Positions 40,575 to 54,456 of a DNA stretch of 64,000 nt are shown in pieces. The notes under the pieces are model-generated. The model ran no database searches, was not told where the DNA came from, and saw only the letters and a list, made by a program, of their open reading frames with translations. The translations under genes were made by a program, and so were the position numbers. This DNA comes from Octopus vulgaris (lineage: Eukaryota). The stretch lies in assembly GCA_951406725.2 (NCBI GenBank), contig OX597816.1:96286001-96350000 (forward strand), in the 5' to 3' direction. Every line of letters starts with the position of its first letter. Positions within the stretch are counted from its first letter, which is position 1.

Positions 40575-41340
40575 TTGGGTAGAGGACGTCATAGAACATA
40601 AACAACAAAATATACGAAGTACGAGGACATAGAATTAGGGTTTTTTGTGCAAGCAACGAAAGAAAAAATGGAAAACAAGACAAGCAACACAAGGAACGAC
40701 CCTATATCAGTTGTTGGTTGTTTTTATAATCCGTATTTCGAGCAATTAACGACAAGATATGCCTTCGATAAAACAGTTGCTCCCCCAAATCAAATTAAAT
40801 AAACTTTGCGATCTTGCAGAGGGTCAAGATTGGTGACAAAAAAAAAAACAGGACAGTGAAAACAAACAGGAAGGGCTGCTAAGCCTAAACGCGAAGAAGC
40901 AAGTCTGGACAGGAGACAGAGAACAATATGTCTTCCCTGTCCAGCTGAAACAGGAAGAAAGAAACACAAGTTAGGAGAATAGTCGATGGTCACGTGGAGG
41001 CCACGTGAGCAAAGGAGGAAGAGTGAGGGAGAGAGAGTGACAGACAGAGAACTGTGAAGGGGAGAGGAAAAGATTTGGAGACAGGATAAGAGAGAAAAAA
41101 GAGAGAGACAGGGAGAAGGAGAGGCTAAAGAAAGGAAGATAGAAAACAAAAGAGTAGAAGGATAAAATAGTGGGAGAAGAGGAGGCAAAAGAACAAGAGA
41201 AAGGTAGAGAGAAAACAAAAGAGCAAAAGGATAGAATAGTAGAAGAGGAGGCAAAAGAATAAGAGAAAGGAAGAGAGAAAACGACAGAGTAAAATGATAG
41301 GATAGTGGGAGAAAGGAGGTGAAAGAATATATATATAAAA
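40575..41340 (-). mobile_element. Longer copy of the TA-anchored repeat family seen at 30461-30940
   Basis: Starts at a TA array with GGGTAGAGGACGTC. Shares GAAAACAAGACAAG..ACACAAGGAACGACCC, ACAGTTGCTCCC and AAACAGGACAGTGAAAA. Confidence 0.7.
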
Positions 41341-42399
41341 TGGCACAGTAAAAATACACTCATGATATAACCTTACATACTTACATATTCAATCACCACA
41401 CACATAGACAGTATTATCGAATAGTTCTCATCTGAGATATATAGTATGAAGCCATGAGGGAATTTTTTACAGGTCTTAGAAGAAACATATCGACAGGCCA
41501 TAAGTGGATTGGGTCTCGTTTTTTCCAGCCACTATCAATTCAGTTAGTATTATTCATCGTCCTCTAAGTAACTGTACCTAAAGTACAAGGTCTCCGCGAG
41601 CGTACTCCATTGTACCCGTATCATTACTATTCTCACCTATAACGCCTATTACAACCTCTTCTGTCCACTTAGTTTCATCAACAATACTTCCATCAGTACG
41701 TTCTTGTAGTTGATTATCAAAATCATACTCAACTTGCAGTCATCTGCACTTTATTTCTTCATTTTCAACGACGGCAAACCAGTTCTATTACTGTAGAACA
41801 TGGATTTAGTACATAAGTTTCAGATCACATTCCTTTTTCATTAAAAAAGCTGCTAGACATTCTTCCGATGCCACGCTTACGAAGAGCTTCACTTTCATAG
41901 ACGCACTCAAGGATAACCCTTGTAATCGGCTGATTTTGACAAGCGTTTTCAACCTTCAATTTTCACATTCTTACTTCCATGTTATTTCCTGCAATGTAGA
42001 GTTGATTCTGTGCTCTTAGGATCAATCACTGGTTGATTGGTGGAAACGCTATCTTCCAATCTAAATTACTCGTTTCTGGCAATGGATCCTCCAGTTTTCC
42101 CTGGGAGCTCCCTTCAATAGTTTCATAGACTTGGCAGTTTCTTGTTTCGTTATTTCTGTCTATTATTATGCAAATAAATTGGTTAATTGAAGGTTATTCA
42201 TTTCCCACCCTTGTGGTTATTGCGATCTGCATTTTCTCAATAAAATAGGACACCGTAGTAGATGGATTTCCAATCAAGGCATGCAGATATCCATCTGCCT
42301 TGGGTGGGCGAATCCCGAGCCTCCACGCCGACTGAGGTTTTTCTATCCCCGATATGTGTGTGAGTGTGTATGTGCGTGTGTGTGTGTGATGTTGTGAGT

Positions 42400-42449
42400 A
42401 TCATTATTATTATCTTTATTATTATTTCATTATTATTATGATTATTATG

Positions 42450-42527
<78 letters not shown>

Positions 42528-42560
42528 TGTACTATTACTACTTCTACTACTACTAATACC
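42400..42560. repeat. (TTA)n microsatellite
   Basis: Seen directly. Confidence 0.97.
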
Positions 42561-43426
42561 CAATTAAATTAATTAATTTCTGCTATTTTAACCTCAATGT
42601 ATTCAATTTTATTTCCTGTATTTGCTATTTTCTAAAATGAAATATCTTGGAAAACACTGTAGGCTAAGAATATTTTTTCATGCTGTCTTACAATTTAATT
42701 CTACCTATGCTCTTATATTATAGTAAAAAAAAATTATCCACCTCGCTCTGTATCTTTTGTTTATCTTTCAATCTATCAGTCGTGTTACATTTTTTATGCT
42801 GTTCAAATATTTACTGGCTCTTTTACCAGTATTTTTCTTCACTTCTTACTCATTTGGGGTTATCGTCAAGTGATGAAACGTATCATAGTTTTAGACTATA
42901 TATGCATACTTCAGTATATGAAGAATACTAAAAAAAGGGTGAAAAAAGCAAGATCTCCAGAAAGTTTTTAATCATAATTACAAGAGTTAATTAAACAAGA
43001 TAAAAGGTGACGGAAAGCTATTCAAAACTGTGTCCCATAGCACATTGCAAAAAGGTGAAATGTTTGCAAGTTCGATAAGAAGCAAATAATTAGTAATCTT
43101 CTGAAGCAATAATCAAATAAAGCAATAATTTTGTAAAGTTTTAATGAAAAGAAGTAAATTTAAAAAAGAAAAACCGGAAAACGATGCGAAACAAGAAAAT
43201 TTGTAATGTTGATGAATTGAAAGAAATGGGTAAACGAATGGCAAGGAGGACATCTGCGTTCTAGGATTGAAATATGCCATTTTAAAATTAGTTATACACC
43301 TAAATGTTCACAATTTCTTCTTTAAAGTTTTTCAGTCAGTGATATTTTGGATTGTTGGGATAACTGGTTGAGGGGAATATTGTTAAATTTCTATTTCTAT
43401 ATGGGTTTTAAAAAGTTAATTGTTTA

Positions 43427-43827
43427 TCTATATATATAAAAGTGAAGTTGTGTGAGTGTCTGTCACCTACGATTTAGATTCCTAACTACTCCCACATTTT
43501 GCGGTGCAGTTTAACCAAAACCGGATATCTTATAGTCGTGATTCATATCGAGCCCTTCTGGGTATTAGCGCGCGTCTACGATGAGTCCACGATTTTAAAA
43601 ATAATTTACCATAATTTTTTTTCCATTTTAAAGCATATTTTTTAAATAAAGGGAAGTAACTCTCTAAAAATGTCTACGATGAGTCAACGATTTAAAAAAA
43701 ATTTACCATAATATTTTTTACATTTTTAATGCATTTTTTTGCTGTTTTTTGGCTATAACTCTCTAAAAATGCTATATAGTTATTTCCCTTACAAACCCGA
43801 GCAACGCCGGGTTTGTAAGGGAAATAA
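43427..43827 (+). mobile_element. Non-autonomous Helitron-like element with a rearranged 3' end
   Basis: Starts A|TCTATATATATAAAA. It has an internal direct duplication of about 98 bp (GTCTACGATGAGTC...TAACTCTCTAAAAAT) and a GC-rich hairpin CCCGAGCAACGCCGGG. The terminal CTRR is absent. Confidence 0.7.
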
Positions 43828-44424
43828 ATGGGAAATAAATGGGATCTCCATTCGGGTGAATCAGTTCACGGAGGAAAATACTGAGCAGTCGATATGAAAA
43901 ATATATGAGTGGATGACACGTTGTGTGTTTCAGCACTGTATTGTATACAAGGAATAAGTTTAGAGGAACAAAATACTGTTATAGTAATGGTAAAATTTGC
44001 AGAAGGAAAATGACTCTTCTCATTATAAAGGCAACAATGTTGTGAACATCTTAAATAATTTTTGAATGATAATTTCACTTTCCAAATGGTCTTTAGTGAA
44101 CATTTTATTTTACAAATTCCCAAACGTGAGCAAGTTTATGTGGGTTCTTTTTTTTTTTTAGAAATCGTATGATATGATGAACTCAACATACTAGCTAGAG
44201 CAGAATGAATTAAACCCGGTAGATTCACCACAGCAAGGGTAGAAATGCAATATTTACCGAACAAAACAGCAATATATTCAATCCTACTGTGGTCATAACA
44301 TCAAATTAAATGTATCGCACTTAACCCATTGGCATCTATTGTTTTTTAAAGCACATATTCACACGGTTTTTAAAATATGTAAATAAAATTGTTGGGTTTA
44401 TGTACGCATTATGTATGATGTATG

Positions 44425-44973
44425 TTATATGTATGTATGTAAGTATGTATGTATGTATGTATGTATGTATGTATGTATGTATGTATGTATGTATGTATGT
44501 ATGTAGGTAGGTAGGTAGGTAGGTAGGTAGATAAGTACGTTGGTAGGTACGTACGTACGTAAGTGGTTAGGTAGGTGTAAATATATAGGTTGAAGGGTGG
44601 GTAAGTAAATAGGCAGGTAGGTTGGTTGATAGGTATCTATGTATGTATGCAAGTAGGTCGGTAGGTAGGCAGGCAGGTAAGTAGGTATGAAGGAAGGAAG
44701 GAAGGAAGGAAGGAAAGAAGGAAGGAAGGAAGTTAGGAAGGAAGGAAGGAAGGAAGGTAGGTAGGAAGGAAGGAAGGAATGAAGGAAGGAAGGTAGGAAG
44801 AAAGGAAGGAAGGAAGGAAGGAAGGAAGGAATGAAGGAAGGTAGGAAGGAAGGAAGGAAGGAATGAATGAATGAATGAAGGAAGGAAGGAAGTTAGGAAG
44901 GAAGGAATGAAAAAAGGAATGAAGGAATGAAGGAAGGAAGGAAGGAAGGAAGGAAGGAAGGAAGGAAGGAAGG
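44425..44973. repeat. Compound tetranucleotide array (TATG)n to (TAGG)n to (GGAA)n
   Basis: Seen directly. Confidence 0.97.
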
Positions 44974-45104
44974 TGTTAGACATAGCAATAATGCAAATAA
45001 TTCAAACAGTTGTTAAAAGGAAAATCTAACATTTGCTCATCTCGTCCTTTTCTGCTATTATTTTCTGCTGCTCATTACAGCAACGCAGTGTTATGTATTT
45101 TTTT

Positions 45105-45183
45105 ATTTTTTACTTAGTTCAGTCATTTGACTGCGGCCATGCTGAGTTAGCTCTATGAAGCGTTTAGTCAAACAAATCGGACC

Positions 45184-45229
<46 letters not shown>

Positions 45230-45390
45230 GACATGTTTTAGTTTCCGTCTACAAAATCTGCTCATAAAAGTTTTGGTCGGCCTGAGGCTATAGAAGAAGA
45301 CCTATGCCCAAAATACTATACAGATACAGTGGGACTGAACCCGGAATCAAGTGGTTGGGCAGCAAGATTATTACTACTCTGCCACGCCAT
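45105..45390 (-). mobile_element. Second-family SINE with an internal (TG)n
   Basis: CAGTCATTTGACTGCGGCCATGCTG...GTTTCCGTCTAC...TTGGTCGGCCTGAGGCTATAG...CAGTGGGACTGAACCCGGAA. The minus strand has a B-box-like GGTTCAGTCCC. Confidence 0.8.
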
Positions 45391-46401
45391 TTATGTTAGT
45401 TAACTCTCGATCATTTGATTCTGAATTAATGTGTTATATACTTTGTATTGTGCAATGTAAGACGTTTGGTAATAATTATTTTAGTGGTGACTGGCCCCAA
45501 TTTGCGATGACAAATATCTCATTTTGCTCTTTGAAAATGTTCGCTATGTCTAGCTTAGATCTTTCTCAACGTAGAATCGCTGCTAATTTGTACTACGAAG
45601 TAGAACGAAATATCGCTGAACACTTGAAAGACGGTCTTCCAAAGCTTTGAAGAATGATGATCTAAGGCAATGCTTTGTTTATGTATGACAACACGTAAGA
45701 TATGCAGACATCGTTTAGGAAAGGATTTAATTGAATAGTTCCTAAACTGCGACATAAATGTTGACATAGTATAAAGTGCAACAAATAGAGAAAACACTCA
45801 ACATCGTCACTACATTTCCAAATCCTGCTATGTTTGATATACAACTTTTGGTCCTCAAAAGTCGACCTACCTATTTTTTGGCAGTAAATTTCGTTCTGAA
45901 AAAATTCGATTTCTACGCTGGAAAATACGATAAAGGAATATTTTTTTTTTAATTCAGGATTCTAAGACAGGCTTTAGTTGCTATAAAATCCGCAGAAACA
46001 CTACTGTTATATGATCATGTTTTTAATAGCACTTCTTGTAGACCATAGCACATAGTTACTGGTCAATAAATTGAGAAATTAGATACTCACTTTTACTTCA
46101 AAAGCCAGAGTGTTACGATTAACCTGACCTTTGAATAAACTGAAAGACAGGCATGTCAGTGGGATAGACACTAACCCTATAGTTCGAAGATATAGAATTG
46201 AAATCAATGGCGGACCCATTTACAATAGACGTAACTGTCATACAGATGGTTTAAATCCCATTTAGACACACAAAAGTGCTAATTTTACAGACAAATGTAT
46301 ATATTGAGGATCATGGCTAACCTTGGGCGTACATTAAACAATAAATTATGCTTAGTTATATCATGAACATATATATGTGTGTGAGTGTGCGTGTGTGTGT
46401 T

Positions 46402-46437
<36 letters not shown>

Positions 46438-46509
46438 TGTATATATACATACATATATACATAGATACACACACATATGTGTATAGATACATACATATAT
46501 ATATGTATG

Positions 46510-46567
<58 letters not shown>

Positions 46568-47343
46568 GGTATATATACATATATACCTGCATATATACAT
46601 AGATATATAGATATATAGATACATACATATGTATATATGTATATACAATATATTTGTGAAAAGACACCTAATGCATCAGCGCGTAAGGAACAAATTACTT
46701 ACGCTATCTTCTTGCATATTTCTGCATATTCATATTGCTGACTAGATGCAAAGACGACGTGTAATTAAGTGGAAATAGAAAAAGCCGAAGTTCTTCTTTA
46801 GGCGTACGAGCCTGTATGCATTACTATGTATTAGTGTATGGTAAATATGTAGTTGTTTTTTTGGGGGTATAGTTTTCTGTTAGTATATTTGCTTCTGTGC
46901 TTCTTTGAGAAATTCTAAGTGTATGTCCATCTATCCATCTCTTTGTGTGTTTCTCCTTATATATTATGTAATGTATCTATGTATGTATGTATGTATGCAT
47001 GTATGTATGTATGTATGTATGTATACTTGTATGTAGGTATGTATATATATATATGTGTGTGTGTGAGTGTGTGTATGTATGTGTGTGTTTGTGTATGTAT
47101 GTATATATGCATTCATATACCTATAAGTGCATTTGAGAGTATTTATGCGCAGTTAACTTTAGAATATATTAATACAAATTGTAGTAGTAGTAATAGTTGT
47201 AGTAGTAGTGTCTCATGATGGACCGCCATTCCCAATAGCAGTACTCTACACTACATCAAAATGCGCGCGCACACAAACTCATGCACACACAGACGCACAC
47301 GGACACACAAACACACGCACGCGTGCAGCTGCTCATAGACATT

Positions 47344-47389
<46 letters not shown>

Positions 47390-47492
47390 TGTATGTAAGT
47401 GTGTAAAGACATATATAAATATATGTTCACACGTGTGTGTGTATATATATGCCTATATCTATATGCATATGTATGTAAATATATATATATTC

Positions 47493-47558
<66 letters not shown>

Positions 47559-47617
47559 AGTGTGTGTGTATGTGTATGCATATATATATACATATATATG
47601 TCTATGTAGATAAATAG

Positions 47618-47666
<49 letters not shown>

Positions 47667-47705
47667 ATGCACCACACGGCACAGGAGGACCTGTGACTAA
47701 GACTA

Positions 47706-47741
<36 letters not shown>

Positions 47742-47742
<1 letters not shown>

Positions 47743-48010
47743 AGGAGCGTGCGTAAGTGGTTAGGGTATGCAGCGCAGAATCATAGGTCCATGAGTCTGG
47801 AAAACCAGCGGTGCAGAACACATTATTTCACATTTCCCCAGTTCACTCAGCTGGCAAAAATAAATTCTACTTGTATTTCAAAGGGCCAGCCTTGTCACAT
47901 TTAGTGTCACACTGAATCTTCGCGAGAACTACGTTAAAGAGGCACATGTTCGTAGAGTGCTCAGCCACTTGCACATTAATTTCACGAGCAAGCTGTAACT
48001 GATGGAGTGC
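47742..48010 (+). mobile_element. Probable third tRNA-derived SINE family, decayed
   Basis: A-box-like TGCGTAAGTGGTTAGGG head. Related heads occur at about 34580 and 57985. Confidence 0.45.
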
Positions 48011-48020
48011 CAATTATATA

Positions 48021-49222
48021 CACAGGATCCGGTGAATAAATTATCGTCTAAATTACGCAAAAATCAAAATAACACAGATATCACACTTTAACAAATATAC
48101 TTACAGAAGTTACATATAAATATCTTGAAATACTAAAGAGTAAATTTATTCAATAAAATCACCATTGGCTTCAACCACGCCCTCCAGATGACTTCAGAAT
48201 ATTCTACAACTCTTCTAGACGGTGTCCTTGTTTAAGTTAGTGAATGCTACTACAATTCATGTGTTCAGTTCATCTTTGGTGTTACAAGGAGTTTTGTTGG
48301 TCTCTCGCTCAACTGCAGCCCAGACATAATAATCATTGGGTTGGAGTCTGTGAAGTTAATTGGCCAGATGTTAGGAGTGATGTGATCACAGAAATCGTCT
48401 GACAGCATGACTGAGTTTTGCCTGTGTGGCATGGTTCAGAGTCCTGTTGCCAGTCACAGGGTCTTCCAGTATCCATCCTCTTGACGCAAGATAGTACTGC
48501 CACCTGCAGGCACTTGGTGTAGGCCTGAATAGAGGCATAAATTCGCCATCACAAGTGATCGCTACAAACACCATGATGTTGACTGGATGTTTGATTTTTA
48601 TCACACCCGATACATGATTTGGTAACACGGCAAGCCAACGGTTGTTCTGTGTCTTCATTATCTGATCCGGACAGACATTTTTCTCGTCTGAGAAAAACCA
48701 AAGCATGTTGAGTTTGTTCAAAAGCTTCGTAGTGCGGTCTTTTTTGTCCTTGATGGCTTGGGATGAAAATTAGCCTTTTCTCACCTTGCATAAGGAATAC
48801 CGAATTTCTTTATGCACTGCCTGTCTGATAAGAAACTTAGACACTACCATGTCCCTGGCCATGGACCTCATTGACTTGGAGAAATCGTTGTCAATCATGG
48901 TCTGCATCCCACCAACAAATTCAGGAGTTCTTTTCTAATCAGAAGGATCAAAGTGAGTTTTCTGCACCTTTGTAATCACCATTAGACTCATCTAACTCTT
49001 TCCGAATCCTCTACACTGTCCTCACATTGACACCCAAACATTCTGAAATGATAGTTTTGAAGCTTCGGGTGCGAATGCTAAGAAGTACAGCCTATCGTTT
49101 CCAAATTCCTGGCAGAGTGAATTGCGTGAATTGCATTTTATTTTCACTGATGGTGCCCACCTAACTCTACTATACTGTGTACTCGACAAAATCAAAAACA
49201 ATCAATGTGCATTTCCAGAAGA
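48021..49222 (-). mobile_element. Tc1/mariner-superfamily transposon relic, maT (DD37D)-like
   Basis: The minus strand reads LWFFSDEKN...NNRWLA...KHPVNIMVF, then WQQDSEPCHT, then ITPNIWP...DSNP..DYYVWAAVERETNKTPCNTKDEL, with frameshifts. The left end follows TA, and the other end is interrupted by a different repeat. Confidence 0.88.
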
Positions 49223-49259
49223 GGATACAAAAAACACGGACGGGTCATTCGAAGCCTTT

Positions 49260-49331
49260 AATCTTCAGTCAAGAACCGGATCATCCTCGCAATTTCGGCT
49301 GCGAGGATGATCCGGTTCTTGACTGAAGATT
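49260..49331. repeat. Perfect hairpin with a 32-bp stem and 8-nt loop
   Basis: AATCTTCAGTCAAGAACCGGATCATCCTCGCA-atttcggc-TGCGAGGATGATCCGGTTCTTGACTGAAGATT. Confidence 0.97.
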
Positions 49332-49353
49332 TGTTCTCTCTTTCTCTCTCCCC

Positions 49354-49413
<60 letters not shown>

Positions 49414-49814
49414 TAGCTGAGTTAGCGGTTAAAATAACCGCCTAAGGGATAAAAGTATCCTATGCCCCCATATATAGTAATATCCAATCAAATGCCCTTT
49501 TATAAGTTTAGTCATTTACTTAACGTCCTAGGGAGGTACACACGCAACATGACCATTCTCACCATATTCAACCTTTCCTCCTTCTTTTCTTGTCTCTTCT
49601 TTTTATTTATATATTTTCCCCTCTGCTGAAGGTCGATGATACAAATCGGTTTTATTACCAGCTATGATATATATTTTTAGCATAATAATACCAAAGAATA
49701 TTGGCAGCAGAAACAGCTATTAGATGAGATGCAGTCTTTTTGTAAATAATTAATAAATAATAATTGATGCAAATCAAGTGAAGTTCAATAATTGATTATC
49801 TTCATTTTCTGTTT

Positions 49815-49864
<50 letters not shown>

Positions 49865-51029
49865 TAGATATATATATATAGATATATAGATATATAGATA
49901 TAGATATATGTGTACATATGTATATACCCCAATATAAATATAAATTCATCAGTATTATTTTAATGTAAAATTATATTCAAATTGAAGTTATTTGGTTTCT
50001 TCTTGGAAGAAACGTAGCATGCATGTTATGCCGAGTATTTCCAAATACAACTTTACCTCCCATTTAGAGAAGACGGCCTAGTGTAATGTTAAGAAATATG
50101 CATCAATTTTTAAATCTTTCATTTATCTGCCAGACGTTTCGACAGCAAGAATTGAGAAGGCACATTGTACTGATAACTCATGCTGCGAACGAATGTTAAT
50201 TAGATATATCAATTGCGTCTGTAACAAGGTTGGGATCTTCGTATCCAGTATGAAAATAACTGGAATTAGAGGGGGCGTCTCCTAAGAGAAAAAAGCATCC
50301 TCAGCGGTTAGACGACGTCAGAACCGTCGAGTTTGTCTTGCAGATGTGTTAAATTGGAATCTGGCATTGTCGAGCAGCTCAGCGTGGTTGAGTCTACTAT
50401 CACATCTTTCTGCTCAAGAGGATATCAGTTAAAATTCATTGTAGTGAAGAGAGGGCAGTTTATGTCCAGTAAGATTCGAGAGAATCGTATCAGTTTTGTC
50501 GCATTTGTGACGTCCTCAGTCCCAAGGATTCACTGGTGACTGATTTTATAAGGTGTGGTAGTCAGCATGGGCTGGAGCAAGTTTCTGACATTCACAGCTG
50601 CTTCCGTGGACATATCGGGGACCTCTCTGAGGAGGAGAGTAACTGTATTAAACGGCTCTGACGTATGTAGTTAAACTTGTGTACCATATTTCTTGTTTTT
50701 TTTTTCTCAAATACTATGGGAACCGCCAACGTGAATATTTTATTTTAATCGTGTCAGCTTTTCAATTCAAACGGGTGACTAATGTCATTTCTTTTTATTT
50801 GTTTCAGTTTCTAAGGATATCGTCAGTAGAAGCTTAATCCCACGGAAATGTTAATGATGGAGATATATCATTTTCTCTTATAACTCTTTCTTCTTTAGTC
50901 CTTTTCTTCTTACTTTTTTCCCAAGCTCTAAATATGCTTCCATTCACTTAAATGTTATTTGTCACGTGGGTGGCGACTGTCTCAGAGTTATTTCCTTTTA
51001 ATCGAGTCTATTTAAAATGATAAAATAAA

Positions 51030-51331
51030 TTCTTCTTCTTCTTCTTCTTCTTCTTCTTCTTCTTCTTCTTCTTCTTCTTCTTCTTCTTCTTCTCCTCCTC
51101 CTCCTCCTCCTCCTTCTTCTCTTCTTCCTCCTCCTCTGCCACCTTCGCTGCCTTCGTCACTGTTACATCATCACTGACATTATCCTTGTTGTCTTTGTCA
51201 TCATCTGCTAGTATCTTAATTTTCATCTACTTATTCTGATCATCATCATCGCCATCACCATCATCATCCTCATCCTCATAATCACCAGCAGCAGCAGCAG
51301 CAACAGCAGCAACAGCAGCACCACCAGCAGC

Positions 51332-51362
<31 letters not shown>
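51030..51362. repeat. Compound trinucleotide tracts (TTC)(TCC)...(CAT)(CAG)(TAG)
   Basis: Seen directly. Confidence 0.95.
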
Positions 51363-52549
51363 TAGAATATCACTTCCACTCATCTCCATGTTGTTCTTCT
51401 CTGCTCATATTTTCAGTTTGTTCTTGCATGTTAATGATAAGGCAAGTTTTCTTGGAATCCATGCCATAGGTTTACCAATAAAACCTCTCTCTCTCTCTTC
51501 TCTCTTCTTTTTCTTTATTTCTAATTTTTAAATTGTCGAGTTTTATACGACACGACTGTTCTTACTCTTTTGTTTGTTCTCGTTTCATATTCAACAGATT
51601 TCCTTCTACGTAACCTTCATGTTCTCTTTAATCAGTGTGATCTTCCCGATATTCGGTTTCACCTTATCCCCCAACACAGAACCGAACATAGCATATTTTG
51701 ATTGCTTTTTAATGAAAGAATATTATTTCTCATTTGTTTCCTCCTTGTTTCCTCCTTGTATGTCTCTCATACTATTAACGCCTATACCACCAATTCTGTT
51801 TTGCTCAATTTTATTCTCAGCATTATATTTCTTGAATTTTGTTTCAGTCTAAGACAGAGGTTAGATATCGAAATCTCTTGTAGGCTTTATTATACTAGTG
51901 AATGATATAATAAATGCTGAATGTCTGGGATATGACATGTTACAGGGATAACAAAAGGGAAGTAGACAGTACGTCGAATAAGTGTGTGTGAGAGTTGCAC
52001 CAAAATTTTGCAGAGAAGGAAACTTTTGTAGCAACAGTAAAAGAGACAGGTAAAGACCAGAATAAGCTTCATAAGGCTTTTTGATATTGTTGAGAAAAGG
52101 CGTATTTATCTGTTGCGGGAACTGTTATATTTGGAAGTTTGCATCTCTTCTTACATAATTGTAGCATAATTAGAATTTTCCCATAGATTGTTATAATGGT
52201 TCTCTCAAATGTACCAAATTGATCATGAATCCCAGATAATGGAATCACTCTTCATTTACAGATTTCTTGACAAATTTCTCACGTAATTACCCTCACTTCT
52301 GCATTGAACACTGAAAAGGGAGATACTATGAAATGACAACGAGAGACTGGGGTCTCTCTTATAATATTCCAATCAAACTACTGTGACTGATTGCGCTATT
52401 CGGTGGCCCGGTCGTGATAAAGTACGGATTATAAGAGCTAAGTAGTGATGTGTACAAATATGAATTTATTACCAATACAAATATGCTTCAGGTGAGCTCG
52501 AACCCGTAACAAAGATATTCACTGTATTTTGTCATACAGAAAAATTCTT

Positions 52550-52758
52550 GTAGACAAATAGGTGGACCATTACCAAGATCGATGGACACATGAATTTCGG
52601 AGTAGTTATCTCCTCTTCAGTATCGAACGTCAGAAATGACAACGTGTGACCAGATGTCCCTTATCATGTTCCAGTCAAAATTAAGAGGAAATAACTGCTC
52701 CGAAATGTACGCATCCATCGATTTCGGTAGGGGATGCTTCGAGCTCATGTTTGTTTAC
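52550..52758. mobile_element. MITE-like inverted repeat
   Basis: 52571-52617 versus the reverse complement of 52683-52729 match at 38 of 47 positions by manual count. Confidence 0.65.
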
Positions 52759-52914
52759 AGCGGAAGGTTTTCTTCATGAAATACCATTGCTTAGCCTTTC
52801 AAATCCGTAATATATACATATACACACACAAACACACACACGCACACGCACACACCCACACGCATACACACATACACAGACACACATGTATACACACACA
52901 TATATATTTCAAAT

Positions 52915-53060
52915 TTATAGACAACAAAAGACGAAGACAGGTGTAGAAACAAGAAGCAGGTGTATTAGTTTAACACTCGGGAAAAATGGTAAAAGTCCCT
53001 TACGTTTCGAGCCTACGCTCTTCAACAGAAAGGATTAAGAGAAAAATGTCGAAAGATGAA
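52915..53060 (-). mobile_element. 3' fragment of the same Penelope-like family as 28237-29467, including the HHR-like motif at 52996-53034
   Basis: The reverse complement reads TCCTTTCTGTTGAAGAGCGTAGGCTCGAAACGTAAGGGAC...CTAATACA...CACCTGTCTTCGTCTTTTGT. Confidence 0.85.
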
Positions 53061-54292
53061 AAAAAGTATCCTGTGTTTCGAGGGCTTAGATTGTTTTATC
53101 TATCCGTCTCCTCTTACTTGGTACTTAAATCCCTTTCTAAATTTTATTATTTAATATACAAAATATAATAATATATAAACTTTACTAAATTTGGATATAC
53201 ATTTTTCCCTTCTGTATCCTTAATACCTACTTAGATTTCATTGTGACCTCCTTTGTTTTCTACTTTAGACCCCATTTAATTGATAATCATGAAATAGTTT
53301 CAGTCACTCCTGCTATTCCTCTTTCTGATTATCACCTATATACCATTATCTTGCAAGCATTTTCTGAGACCTGTTCATTTATGCAGACATAACGAATTTA
53401 TAGTCACAGTAAAATAGGAGTAGGGAAGAATATCTGACATTAATTAATTTATCACCAGCAACAAGAACTTAACTGTCAATTCCCAATGGTTTTAATTCTA
53501 AAGAGATGTAAAACACTTGCTGCATTAGATCTTTTGATTGCGATAAAGATAAAGGTGAATGTAGCTATATCACCATTAGTCTTTCTTGACCCCCATTGTT
53601 ATTTTCTTCTGCCACTCTAAATTACAGTAGGCTTTAAGTATCTTCTCCCTATATTCATTCTGCTACAATAATAGCAATAAGCAATGTAATTCCTTTTTCT
53701 CACTAGTTCTGATGAAAAATTTGCTAAATGATTATAATGGAGTATCCTGTATGTTGAAAACCTATATGGTCTTATGGGTCCGAAGAGAGCGGTTCATTTC
53801 AAATTAATGTAATGCTTGCATTGATCGATTAAATGGAGCTGCTTGAAACGGCCGTAATGCACTGATACCCGGACATCCTTGTTACTTATTTGCTTTATAT
53901 ATATATATATCATTGTTATTATGTTAAACTGTCGTATGTTCAAATTTGGCCAAATACAGTTTTTGAATATCTAATTTCTTCCAGTAGCCGGTTCTTTTGA
54001 TCAAACTATCGTATTTCCAGCTGCTTCAGATGCCAAGATATGAAAATTGTCAGAGTAACGCAACGGTTTAGCATTTTTGAAAAATGTAGTAACTCCGACA
54101 CATGACAGTTTTGCAAAAATATTTCTGGCAGAAAATACCATACATGCTTGGGGTTAGGAATTTATGCACCCAACAAAGTATTGTTGTTAAGATGAAACAG
54201 CTGCTAATGTAAAAGGAAATAGAATGGTGAAACTATTGTTTTTGTTTTCTGGAAAAGCAACGTTTTGGACTTACGTGAGGTTTGTATAATAG

Positions 54293-54333
<41 letters not shown>

Positions 54334-54341
<8 letters not shown>

Positions 54342-54456
54342 ATCACGTGATCACGTGACCGACCAGACCATCAGATGTTGTTACACATCGCTGGTCACAA
54401 TGCGTTCGCATTGTTTTAGCCTTCAAATGACGCCACCCCGCTGGCTAAGCGAGCAG

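Noticed and set aside
41450-42240. Possible minus-strand RT relic (ADDC-like motif near 41740)
   Set aside because: A single short motif with no supporting neighbours.
51240-51362. CAT/CAG tracts resembling a polyQ or polyH exon
   Set aside because: They are part of a compound microsatellite running into (TAG)n, with no coding context.
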